Shown: piece by piece, positions 8,040-16,750 of the stretch
Position numbering within the stretch: the stretch's first letter is position 1
Layout of the letters: each line of letters begins with the position of its first letter
Assembly (NCBI GenBank): GCA_001820955.1
Contig: MHRK01000019.1
Coordinates: 1 to 54,594 of the forward strand
DNA length: 54,594 bases
Source: Candidatus Taylorbacteria bacterium RIFCSPHIGHO2_02_FULL_43_32b
GTDB taxonomy: Bacteria > Patescibacteriota > Minisyncoccia > Phycocordibacterales > 2-02-FULL-43-11
Direction: 5' to 3'
Made by a program: the position numbers and the translations under genes
Notes under the pieces: model-generated
Database searches by the model: none
What the model was told of the DNA's origin: nothing
What the model saw: the letters and a program-made list of their open reading frames with translations, nothing else

Positions 8040-10535
8040 ATGGCCGCCTTCAAAAAAACTATTGTAATTGTTTTGATTATCGTTCTGGTTGTACCCATGA
8101 CTTTTTTCGTTAAACCAAAACCGGCCGACGCCTTTATAAGTTGTATTCTCGATGCTATTGGATTGCTGGCTGGGCTCGACTCAGCCGTCAATAAAGTTTT
8201 CTCTGTTCCGACAGGTGATTTCGTTACAGAAACCGCAACTTCCCAAAATGCTGCCGCAGATACCGGTTCCAACCTAAAAGAATGCCTGCTCGACCAAATC
8301 GCGTTCACCATGGCGAATGCTCTCATTAGAAATATAACCGCGAGCACAGTTGAATGGATAAATAGCGGTTTTGAGGGTTCGCCGTCATTTGTAACCGACC
8401 CCGAAGGTTTCTTTCTGGACGTTGGAGATCAAGTGGCCGGACAGTGGATAGAAGAATTGGGACCCCTCGGTGATCTCCTCTGCAGTCCTTTTGATTTACA
8501 AATTCGGTTGTCTCTCGGCATAGGCTGGACGCAAAGCCACAAGGAAGAAATTCGGTGTCGACTTTCTGATGTACAAAAAAATGTTTACAACGCTTTCCTC
8601 AAAGGAGGATGGGGAAGTGACGGCTGGTCAAATTGGATTTCGATCAGCAGGCCGTCAAACAACATGTACGGAGTCTATCTCGAAGCAGATAATCAATTAA
8701 CAAGAAACGTTTTACGACAACTTAACATAAATGAAAAGGAGCTCCAGTGGGGCAAGGGATTTCGTTCTTTTCGAAAATGCGTGGCGTATAGGCCAGATGG
8801 TAGCTGTCTTAAACACGACAAAAATCTAAGCACCCCGGGATCTGTCATCGAAACGCAACTTAACAATGTTCTTGACTCCCAAAAACGCCGCCTGGAGACT
8901 GCCGATGAAATCAACGAAATTATGGACGCTCTCATTAACCAGGCGTTCAACAAAGTGTTTTCCTCCATGGGAATCGGCGGTATGAGCGTTAAAAGTCCAA
9001 GGTATGGCGGCTCGTCTTACATTAAGAGTCTTGTAACTGATTACGAAAAGCAAGTGGCCGAATCCACCGCTAAACCGCCGACTTGGGTTGACTGCAATTA
9101 TACTTATCATATTGAGGACCTTGCGGATGGTAAAAAAGTTTCTGTTTGGATGCCAGGCTGGATGCCATCTGGTACAGACTGCGTAAAACCTACTACTGGT
9201 AGCACTGTTGGCCCGGGGTGTTTTGCTGAAATTACACCTGGACTTATTGCACAAGTGCCACCGGGGTCTCTTTTCCTTCCCGTACTAACTACTAGTGAGG
9301 CTGCCACCCCAGCAGCGGCCTTGGAAAATGCCATAAAAATCGGCTGTGCCAACGTCAACAACACAGTGGACAAAGTGGCGGGACAAAATGCGAACTCAGC
9401 CGTCGGAGACATAACTGGCCTTGGTTTTCTTTCACCAGAATTGACTGCGGGTGGAGCTGGAACATACCAAAAAAACTACGCGATGGATTCTTCAACTAAA
9501 ATCCTTACGAGCGCGCCACTTAGAAGGGTACAACCAGGAGATCAATTTGCCTATCTTGATGGCTCCTATTCGACTGATGGTTCAAAAAAAGCATGTGACG
9601 TATCGAGAGCAGGTGGATTTACCCTATCATCTGTTTTGACTAATTCGGGGGAAGGAGCTTACTTAAAAATGATTCTCGCAGAAGAAAAACCTATTGAAAA
9701 AATTAACTTATATATACCTTACCGATCTGTTGAAATCGGCGATAACCGAGGATGTGATAAATATTTTTACGACATGAGCTATATAATCTATGCCTATGAT
9801 GCCGCAGGAAATCAGTATTCTTCACCAGTATTTACAGGCAACTCTGATTACCAAAATCCAAAGACATGGACGTTTCCTAACACACCAAATATCAAAGAGA
9901 TCATTGTCCGCCCTTACAATCTTGACACTCGTACGCCGGATATCATAAATAATCTAAGCCTCGCCGAAGTCGAAATCCTCGGACAAGCAAAAGTTACAGC
10001 TCCTGGGACAACAGAAACCGTCACTCCGGCATCATCCAAAGTGTCTATGAATCCAGCCGCCCTTTCATTACCCAATCCGCTCAAACTGGGTTCGCTTTTC
10101 TCTCCTTCGGACAGCATGCATTACAATTTCAAACTCACACACTCAGAATCCAAACCTATCCCTGAGTTAAAATTAAAAATGACGCTGAAGTCTATTGAGG
10201 GCAGTCTTGTAACCCAACAAGATCTAAACAAATACTTCACGAACATCACTATTAAAAAAACTGTATCAAACGACTGTAGTGACCCATATGCATCTTCCAT
10301 TGTAAACAGTCCCCCGCCTCCGACCACACTAGAAATACCACTGGGGGCTTCAGCTGTTTCTCAATACTGCATACAAATTTCTGCTAAATTGCCGATTTAC
10401 AATACTACAGGAATAGACACTCTCGGGGCTTTCGAACTGCAAACGGAGATTACTGAATCTGCTTATGACACAACAAGCGAGCAATTTCTGAAAGTAGGCA
10501 CCCACAAAGCATCTTTCATTATCAATAAACCTTAG
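8040..10535 (+). CDS. Large (831 aa) membrane-anchored extracellular protein, discoidin/F5-8-type-C-like region
   Basis: N-terminal TM helix; long extracellular part. Segment ...IIVRPYNLD..NNLSLAEVEILGQA resembles the end of a galactose-binding-like domain (weak, motif memory only). Confidence 0.55.
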   Translation: MAAFKKTIVIVLIIVLVVPMTFFVKPKPADAFISCILDAIGLLAGLDSAVNKVFSVPTGDFVTETATSQNAAADTGSNLKECLLDQIAFTMANALIRNITASTVEWINSGFEGSPSFVTDPEGFFLDVGDQVAGQWIEELGPLGDLLCSPFDLQIRLSLGIGWTQSHKEEIRCRLSDVQKNVYNAFLKGGWGSDGWSNWISISRPSNNMYGVYLEADNQLTRNVLRQLNINEKELQWGKGFRSFRKCVAYRPDGSCLKHDKNLSTPGSVIETQLNNVLDSQKRRLETADEINEIMDALINQAFNKVFSSMGIGGMSVKSPRYGGSSYIKSLVTDYEKQVAESTAKPPTWVDCNYTYHIEDLADGKKVSVWMPGWMPSGTDCVKPTTGSTVGPGCFAEITPGLIAQVPPGSLFLPVLTTSEAATPAAALENAIKIGCANVNNTVDKVAGQNANSAVGDITGLGFLSPELTAGGAGTYQKNYAMDSSTKILTSAPLRRVQPGDQFAYLDGSYSTDGSKKACDVSRAGGFTLSSVLTNSGEGAYLKMILAEEKPIEKINLYIPYRSVEIGDNRGCDKYFYDMSYIIYAYDAAGNQYSSPVFTGNSDYQNPKTWTFPNTPNIKEIIVRPYNLDTRTPDIINNLSLAEVEILGQAKVTAPGTTETVTPASSKVSMNPAALSLPNPLKLGSLFSPSDSMHYNFKLTHSESKPIPELKLKMTLKSIEGSLVTQQDLNKYFTNITIKKTVSNDCSDPYASSIVNSPPPPTTLEIPLGASAVSQYCIQISAKLPIYNTTGIDTLGAFELQTEITESAYDTTSEQFLKVGTHKASFIINKP

Positions 10536-10716
10536 AGCCTGTTCATAGTCAAATCATAAACAATAAATGAGGTGTGTGACTGTAAGCCGACAATGATATG
10601 TCCCTCCTCGAGATATGTGATAGCCGCAGGCAAATTTAATTATTTTTGCAGGCAGCAGATTATGAACCGGCAACTAGTTGAGATGAGTTTTGAGAAAAGT
10701 TCAGTATAGGAAAAAA

Positions 10717-13053
10717 ATGATTTTGGGGAGATATAACAACAGGCGAAAGAAAACAGCTTCTTTGCTCGCAGTCGTTTTTTCTGCAGTGCTTTTTGCTGTA
10801 ATCCCACTTTCTGCTCATGCGATACCAAGCATGTCAGAAATGCTTGACGGCTTGTCAGCCCTCATCGATCTCTTCACTTCGGGCCGGTTAATCGCCAACA
10901 TCGCTTTCCTTTTCCTTACCATCATATCGGGCGCTGTTACATTAACAGGCGCCATTCTCGAAAAAAGTATCCAACTGTCAATACTCCACTTTGGCGATCT
11001 GGCCGGAGCTACCGGCATTGTCGGAATTGGATGGGAAATTGTTAGAGACCTGTCCAATTTGGTTTTCATCTTTCTCATTCTTTGGGTTGCGATCTCTACA
11101 ATCCTCGGCTTAAACCACGGCAGTGCTATGGGTACAATTATACGAATTGTTATAGCCGCGGTGCTCATAAACTTCAGCCTCTTTATAACCAAGGCAGTTA
11201 TAGACGTGGCCAACATCGTTGCTCTTCATTTCTATAACTTGATCATAGGTAGCAATGACGGCAGTTTGAGCGGTGTTTTTATGAGAGGGTTCCAGGTGCA
11301 AGGAATTTTTGACGGCAGATCAGTTGACCTCTCGACAGGGGCACCTTTTAAAATAATTGCTGTAAGCGTTTATGGCTCAATTATGCTTTTGGTCGCGGCG
11401 TGGATTTTTTTGGCCGCAGCGGTGATGATGATAACAAGAACAATCTACCTTGTTTTTTTGATGATTCTTTCGCCGTTTGCTTTCATAGCTTGGGTAATCC
11501 CCGGAATGGGGGGATACACGCACGAGTGGTGGAATAAACTTTTCAAGCAAGCTTTCTACGCGCCGATTTTTATGATTATGATTTACATAATCGGAAAAGC
11601 CTGGCAAGACGGCGGACTAAATACTGTTTTGGGAAGCGGATCCACCACCATGGCCACTGCATTTAACGGCATTTCAAGTGGAGCCTCATCCTCGCAGATA
11701 ATCGGGCAAATGGGCATCTTTGTAAATTTCATGACTTTCACGGGACTTTTGGTCGCCACACTCATCGTAGCCAATTCACTGGGCGCCAAAGGCGCGTCCA
11801 CAATGATTTCCTGGGGCAAGAAGTTGCAGGGAATCGGACAAGGTGTCGTCGGTAGCTACTCCGTCGGCAAAATCGGTGCCCTTATTCAGGATAAATATGG
11901 AGATAAATGGAGAGCCAGCAACAACATTGGTCAACGGCTACTTCTTCGCACAACCAATGCTATGCAAGAACAAAAGTGGGGGCAGGGAAGCAAGAGCTAC
12001 AAAGATTATAAAGAAAAAGGTTCTGTGCTTAGTGCCGGCGAGGAAGAGGTCAAGAAGAATATGGACAAGTTGGAAAATAACCCGACTGAATTTGCCAAAT
12101 ATTTTTCGCGACTTAGCGCGGAACAACGCAAATATGCTTACAAGAGTATGTCAGCCAGGAATCGTGTAGTCCTGCAACAAGCCGTGGCTGGACAACTTAG
12201 AGATCGCGCGGATAATCTGAGCCCAGCGATTGCAGGCCTCGACCAGTCATTGGCCGTATTATCAACAAAGCTTTCGCCGGAAGAAAGAGAAAAAACAGAG
12301 AAAGCGACAAGGGAAGCGGGCAGAGTAGACGAGCAGAGACAAATTCGAAATACACTTGGAGCATTTGTTCGACCTCTAACAGAGGCCATGAACGCCTTGT
12401 CTGTGGCTCAAGTTGCTGGAAATGCGGCAGAAGTGGCCAGACTTCAAGCGGAAATACCAAGAATTGAGGCGAACATCCGAACAAATCACGAGCAAGAAAT
12501 TAGAACTCGGCTTCAAAACCTTCAGAGTGGAGAGGTTAGCAATATGTCAATGCGAGATCTTCAGGCTTTGGCTCCTTATCTTTCTACGTCTCAATATCAA
12601 AAAACTAAAGATTCGCTGACAACAATAGAACAAAACCACCTTGAAATAGCCCGCTTTAACAATCTTGCAACTGCGGCCGGTCAAAATATTTCCTTAAACA
12701 ACAACAACCAAATTACCGTCACCTCAACAGGGGCAATCGACGAAACAGCTCTCCAAAATCAAATACGCCAGATGGACCCAAGAGACATTGCTGAAATGGA
12801 TGCGTCCCTCCTTCGTGTCCCTGCGATAATTAAGAACTTGTCACGCAAAAACATGGACGATTTGCTTAAGAGAACAGATTTGGATAGCGCAACAAGACAA
12901 AGTATCAGGAGAACGATTAATGACTTGATTCTGCAAGCAGCCGGAGGAACACCAGTGGCGCAAGCTGGAACACTGCAACCTAACCACGAACAGAATATTC
13001 AAGACATTGAGGATTGGCTACAAAGGGATCCTCGAGGTAGAAACTTTGTCTAA
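10717..13053 (+). CDS. Polytopic membrane protein, VirB6/TrbL-like, with long C-terminal coiled-coil tail
   Basis: Signal/TM then about 7 hydrophobic helices over the first ~400 aa, then about 380 aa charged Q/E/R-rich helical region; position next to PrgI-like and VirB4 genes; ATG at 10717. Confidence 0.5.
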   Translation: MILGRYNNRRKKTASLLAVVFSAVLFAVIPLSAHAIPSMSEMLDGLSALIDLFTSGRLIANIAFLFLTIISGAVTLTGAILEKSIQLSILHFGDLAGATGIVGIGWEIVRDLSNLVFIFLILWVAISTILGLNHGSAMGTIIRIVIAAVLINFSLFITKAVIDVANIVALHFYNLIIGSNDGSLSGVFMRGFQVQGIFDGRSVDLSTGAPFKIIAVSVYGSIMLLVAAWIFLAAAVMMITRTIYLVFLMILSPFAFIAWVIPGMGGYTHEWWNKLFKQAFYAPIFMIMIYIIGKAWQDGGLNTVLGSGSTTMATAFNGISSGASSSQIIGQMGIFVNFMTFTGLLVATLIVANSLGAKGASTMISWGKKLQGIGQGVVGSYSVGKIGALIQDKYGDKWRASNNIGQRLLLRTTNAMQEQKWGQGSKSYKDYKEKGSVLSAGEEEVKKNMDKLENNPTEFAKYFSRLSAEQRKYAYKSMSARNRVVLQQAVAGQLRDRADNLSPAIAGLDQSLAVLSTKLSPEEREKTEKATREAGRVDEQRQIRNTLGAFVRPLTEAMNALSVAQVAGNAAEVARLQAEIPRIEANIRTNHEQEIRTRLQNLQSGEVSNMSMRDLQALAPYLSTSQYQKTKDSLTTIEQNHLEIARFNNLATAAGQNISLNNNNQITVTSTGAIDETALQNQIRQMDPRDIAEMDASLLRVPAIIKNLSRKNMDDLLKRTDLDSATRQSIRRTINDLILQAAGGTPVAQAGTLQPNHEQNIQDIEDWLQRDPRGRNFV

Positions 13054-13070
13054 ATAATTATTTTAATGGT

Positions 13071-14084
13071 ATGGAATTTACACGAGAACAAATTAGGGAA
13101 GCCTGTCTCAAATTGCCACCCGAACTACAGGACGAAATTTTCAATTTGAATATCGCGCCGATGGTCAAAGGGTGGGGCAATAAATATGAACTGCATGTGG
13201 ATAGGACGGGAACACTCGCTGATGAAATTGGCCTGGTTCTTTTCGGACTTGTACCATCATCCGAATTTGTCAGTAGATTAAAAAAATTGGAGCTTGGGAC
13301 CGAAAAAACAAACTCCTTGGCAACGGAAATTAACGAGACTATTTTCAAAAAAATTCGCTCAAATTTGAGAGCCGCAAGTGAAACGCCAGTCTCCGCCCTC
13401 ACTCCAACAAAAACTGAAGGTATAGAATCTGTTTCTAAAACAGAATCCCCGATCGCGAAGCCAGAAACAAAACTTCAGTCCGCATTCGACAAGAACAAAC
13501 TTTTGGCGGAAATTGAAAACCCATCGCCGGCATCTGTCGAAGTCAAAACAGTACCGCCCCCGGTTAATTTGCCGATAGAGCCGACTGTCAAAACGGAATC
13601 CTCCTCCGCCTTAGCCGAAACCGCCATCTGGCGCACCATGGAGCGAGATGTCGCCAAACACGGCGGAGGAGCGAGCCCCTCACCGGAAACAACTCCGATT
13701 AACCGTGGCAAATTTGGCATGGGTAACGCACCAACAGCAATGAATAATGCATTACGAATTACGAATAATGCAGAAGAAGACCAACTTAAGACCGGGAGTG
13801 AGCAAAGTACCAAAGAAACGGCAAAACCGATTGCCCCGGTTGCACCAAGACCAGCCGAGGAAAAACACTATTCACCGCCGGTTCCGCCTGTCACTCCTAA
13901 ACCTCCGCAAGCCACTCCTCCCGCTCCAATCAAAACGGAAGAAAAAAGATTCGATGTTCCCCCCGTACCAATCGTCACACAAAAGAGTGATAACATGCTC
14001 GATAACAAACTGACAAAAATTGTCCGAATTCCGTCCGAAAGAAAGAGATACGTGGTTGATCCATACCGTGAACCTACTGAATAG
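13071..14084 (+). CDS. Hypothetical protein, small N-terminal domain plus Pro-rich disordered tail
   Basis: Long ORF with PPVPPVTPKPPQATPPAP low-complexity tail; carries an in-frame cassette-arm copy at 13739-13771. Confidence 0.55.
   Translation: MEFTREQIREACLKLPPELQDEIFNLNIAPMVKGWGNKYELHVDRTGTLADEIGLVLFGLVPSSEFVSRLKKLELGTEKTNSLATEINETIFKKIRSNLRAASETPVSALTPTKTEGIESVSKTESPIAKPETKLQSAFDKNKLLAEIENPSPASVEVKTVPPPVNLPIEPTVKTESSSALAETAIWRTMERDVAKHGGGASPSPETTPINRGKFGMGNAPTAMNNALRITNNAEEDQLKTGSEQSTKETAKPIAPVAPRPAEEKHYSPPVPPVTPKPPQATPPAPIKTEEKRFDVPPVPIVTQKSDNMLDNKLTKIVRIPSERKRYVVDPYREPTE
13739..13771 (+). repeat. 33-nt copy of the cassette-A left arm embedded in-frame in a CDS
   Basis: AATGAATAATGCATTACGAATTACGAATAATGC versus 14089-14121 AATGAATAATGTATTACGAATTATGAATAATGC (2 differences). 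Encodes MNNALRITNNA versus MNNVLRIMNNA. Confidence 0.8.
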
Positions 14085-14088
14085 CGGA

Positions 14089-14553
14089 AATGAATAATGT
14101 ATTACGAATTATGAATAATGCGGGGAAAAAGAACCAAAACACGGAAAGTTCATTAAATAAAATCAGCTTTTTTACTGACCTCAACGCATGGAAAGAAGGT
14201 CATAAATTAGTTTTGCTCATCTACAAATTGACCAAAAACTTCCCCTCAGACGAAAAATTTGCCCTAATAGATCAGATGCGAAGAGCAGTAATCTCTGTTA
14301 CTTCCAATATTGCCGAAGGTTTCAGCCGTCAATCTTACAAAGAAAAACTGCAATTTTACTCCATCGCCCTCGGTTCCGTTACTGAAATACAAAATCAACT
14401 ATTCACATCTCGAGATATCGGTTATTTATCTCAAGTAGATTTCCAAAAAACGCTGGATCAATCCATAATTACTCACAAGATAACTAACGGCTTGATTAAA
14501 AGTTGCAAAGGTTTTATTAACCATAATTCATAATTCTTTATTCATAATTCATA
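14089..14553 (+). mobile_element. IR-bounded mini-cassette A (four-helix-bundle cargo)
   Basis: Fills the whole gap between stop 14084 and start 14557. Perfect 13-nt inverted repeat: GAATTATGAATAA (14106-14118) and TTATTCATAATTC (14538-14550), within longer similar AT-rich arms. Confidence 0.65.
14090..14533 (+). CDS. Four-helix-bundle protein (23S rRNA intervening-sequence protein family)
   Basis: LNAWKEGHKLVLLIYKLTKNFPSDEKFALIDQMRRAVISVTSNIAEGFSR...SVTEIQNQL matches the family signature. Confidence 0.85.
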   Translation: MNNVLRIMNNAGKKNQNTESSLNKISFFTDLNAWKEGHKLVLLIYKLTKNFPSDEKFALIDQMRRAVISVTSNIAEGFSRQSYKEKLQFYSIALGSVTEIQNQLFTSRDIGYLSQVDFQKTLDQSIITHKITNGLIKSCKGFINHNS

Positions 14554-14556
14554 CTC

Positions 14557-14994
14557 ATGCGCTTCCAAGTTCCACAATTCATCGGGGTAGAGGACAAAGT
14601 TTTCGGTCCATTTACCGTCAAACAATTCGTCTATCTGGTAGGAGGCGGTGCTATTTGCTATCTCATCTACAGGCTTCTGCCCGTATTTTTAGCTGTCATT
14701 TTTTTGACCCCGGTGGCCGCTCTTTCGATTGCTCTGGCTTTTGTAAAAATAAACGGCAAACCTTTTATTTTTACCCTTGAAGCGGCCATAAAATACTTCA
14801 TGGGTACAAAATTATATCTCTGGAAAAGAGACAAAATTACACCCAAAAAGGGAGCGGAAAAAACCGAACCGGCAGACACGATGGTCAATATCGCCATGCC
14901 GAGCCTTTCCGAGAGCAAACTGAAAGATTTGACTTGGGCGCTCGACATCAACAAAAGTGCCAATCAACGAATGACTACGAATATTGACAAATAA
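14557..14994 (+). CDS. PrgI-family (VirB3-like) small membrane protein
   Basis: N-terminus VPQFIGVEDKVFGPFTVKQFVYL followed by two TM helices, 145 aa, upstream of VirB4. Last 11 codons are encoded by a cassette arm. Confidence 0.7.
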   Translation: MRFQVPQFIGVEDKVFGPFTVKQFVYLVGGGAICYLIYRLLPVFLAVIFLTPVAALSIALAFVKINGKPFIFTLEAAIKYFMGTKLYLWKRDKITPKKGAEKTEPADTMVNIAMPSLSESKLKDLTWALDINKSANQRMTTNIDK

Positions 14995-15558
14995 AGTTAA
15001 CGAATAAAAACACAAAAGGCAATACAAATAATATGGAGAGCGGGATTCAGCCGAACCAACTGCCACAAAAGCAGTCTCAAAAAGAAATTATCTACAAAGA
15101 ACTGTCTTTTAAAATAGTCGGGGTGCTCTTTTCTGTACATAACGAACTCGGTAGATTTGAAAAGGAAAAAAGGTACAGCGATCTTACAGAGCTTAAGCTT
15201 GGTGAAGCAAATCTTCAATACAGAAGGGAACTTAACATCGGCTCGAATGCAAATATCGCAGACTTTATCATAGAAAATTTGATACTTCTCGAACTTAAAG
15301 CAAAACCTTCCATCCTCAAGGAGGATTTTCGTCAAATCCAAAACTACCTTCAAAAATCACAGCTAAAATTAGGAATAATTGCTAACTTCCGAAATCGGTA
15401 TCTTAAACCTGTCCGCATTATAAGAATCAATAAATTCAAGCAATAGCAAAACCGACACTGTCAAAGTATAATGATGTGATGATCACTAATCACAATTTAT
15501 ATTCCGATTAGTTAAGTTAATTAGTTAAGATTCGCATCATTCGTATATTTGCACTTGC
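14962..15558 (+). mobile_element. IR-bounded mini-cassette B (GxxExxY cargo, CGAAT-type arms)
   Basis: Left arm AATCAACGAATGACTACGAATATTGACAAATAAAGTTAACGAATAAA (14962-15008). Right arm 15501-15558 reverse-complements to GCAAGTGCAAATATACGAATGATGCGAAT.... Next gene starts at 15562. Confidence 0.55.
15033..15446 (+). CDS. GxxExxY-family protein (PD-(D/E)xK-like)
   Basis: IIYKELSFKIVGVLFSVHNELG..E....Y, ADFIIENLILLELKA, QIQNYLQKSQLKLGIIANF are the family hallmarks. Confidence 0.8.
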   Translation: MESGIQPNQLPQKQSQKEIIYKELSFKIVGVLFSVHNELGRFEKEKRYSDLTELKLGEANLQYRRELNIGSNANIADFIIENLILLELKAKPSILKEDFRQIQNYLQKSQLKLGIIANFRNRYLKPVRIIRINKFKQ

Positions 15559-15561
15559 CTT

Positions 15562-16227
15562 ATGACTAGTAAGTCAACTCAAGATTTCGTTTCAATAAAA
15601 GAGATTCGAGATGGGGTGGTAATCCTCAAGGATAATTCGATGCGCCTCGTAATATTGACCACCTCGGTCAACTTTGCCTTGAAATCAGAAGACCTCCAAC
15701 AGGCCATAATCGCCCAATTTCAAAACTTCCTAAACTCTCTGGATTTTTCGGTGCAGATATTCATTCAATCGCGCCGCTTTGATATAGAACCCTATCTCGT
15801 CCAGCTTGAAGAACGCCACAAAAGCCAACTAAATGAACTGATGAAAATCCAAACGAGAGAGTATATCAATTTTATCCGCGATTTTACCGAGAACACAAAC
15901 ATCATGTCCAAACATTTTTTTGTTGTCATTCCATACGCCGCCTCGCTTTTATCGAAAGGAGGGGGAAGTGTCACGGACAAGATATCCAGTGCCGTTCCGA
16001 TGTCGTTTCTCGGAAAAAAAGAGGACCGGGCGGGCACAGCAAAAAAAACCGAAGAAAGCTTCTTGGATAATAAAATTCAACTTGAACAAAGAGCTTCCGT
16101 GGTGGAACAAGGACTACTCCGCGTCGGGCTCCGAACGGCACGTCTCGACACAGAAGAATTAATCGAGTTTTATTACAAAATGTTTAATCCTGGCGATCTG
16201 GCAAAGCCGGCCAAAGTCACGCAGTAA
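15562..16227 (+). CDS. VirB4 N-terminal-domain-like stand-alone protein
   Basis: TQDFVSIKEIRDGVVILKDNSMRLVILTTSVNFALKSEDLQQAII..FQNFLNSLDFSVQIF resembles the N-terminal domain of Gram-positive VirB4/TcpF/PrgJ-type ATPases; no P-loop. Confidence 0.5.
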   Translation: MTSKSTQDFVSIKEIRDGVVILKDNSMRLVILTTSVNFALKSEDLQQAIIAQFQNFLNSLDFSVQIFIQSRRFDIEPYLVQLEERHKSQLNELMKIQTREYINFIRDFTENTNIMSKHFFVVIPYAASLLSKGGGSVTDKISSAVPMSFLGKKEDRAGTAKKTEESFLDNKIQLEQRASVVEQGLLRVGLRTARLDTEELIEFYYKMFNPGDLAKPAKVTQ

Positions 16228-16257
16228 CAAATTCCTAACTGACCAATGAAACTGGGT

Positions 16258-16704
16258 GCAAATTGAAAATGTAAATATCAAAATGCAAAATGACAGTGCA
16301 AAGTTTAAAAATGAATTTAAAAAAAGAGTCTACAGTTGGGTTTTAAAACTTGTTAAGTTTATAGATACATTGCCAAAGGATTCTACGAGCTCGGTAATGG
16401 GAAAGCAGTTGATTCGCAGTGGCACAAGCATTATTGCCAATTATACTGAAGCCACCTCGGCTAGTTCAAAAAAGGACTTCATTAATTTTTTTACCTATTC
16501 ACTAAAATCAGCTAACGAGTCTAAAGTTTGGCTTACTTTGCTTCGTGACACCGGAAAAGGAAGTGTAGAGGAGCTAAATTGGCTTTTAAGTGAACTCATA
16601 GAAATAGCCAATGTTCTAGCTTCTAGTATAATGACTATGAAGGGGAAAAGATGATTTAACATTTTTAATTGTCATTTTACATTTTGATTTTTTAATTTTG
16701 CATT
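16258..16704 (+). mobile_element. IR-bounded mini-cassette C (four-helix-bundle cargo, AAAATG-type arms)
   Basis: Left core ATCAAAATGCAAAATGACA (16277-16295) versus right core TGTCATTTTACATTTTGAT (16670-16688), 18/19 complementary. Right arm is nearly identical to the SET cassette arm. Confidence 0.65.
16283..16654 (+). CDS. Four-helix-bundle protein (23S rRNA intervening-sequence protein family)
   Basis: FKKRVYSWVLKLVKFIDTLPK..GKQLIRSGTSIIANYTEA..SKKDFINFF.YSLKSANESKVWL; ATG 16283 lies inside the left arm. Confidence 0.8.
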   Translation: MQNDSAKFKNEFKKRVYSWVLKLVKFIDTLPKDSTSSVMGKQLIRSGTSIIANYTEATSASSKKDFINFFTYSLKSANESKVWLTLLRDTGKGSVEELNWLLSELIEIANVLASSIMTMKGKR

Positions 16705-16750
16705 ATTTTGACCGACACATACATATAATTCGTATATTGGTAACGCCTCT

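Noticed and set aside
14090-14533. Calling the four-helix-bundle genes ribosomal protein S23
   Set aside because: That is a historical misnomer, arising because the first members lay in 23S rRNA intervening sequences. Nothing indicates a ribosomal protein.
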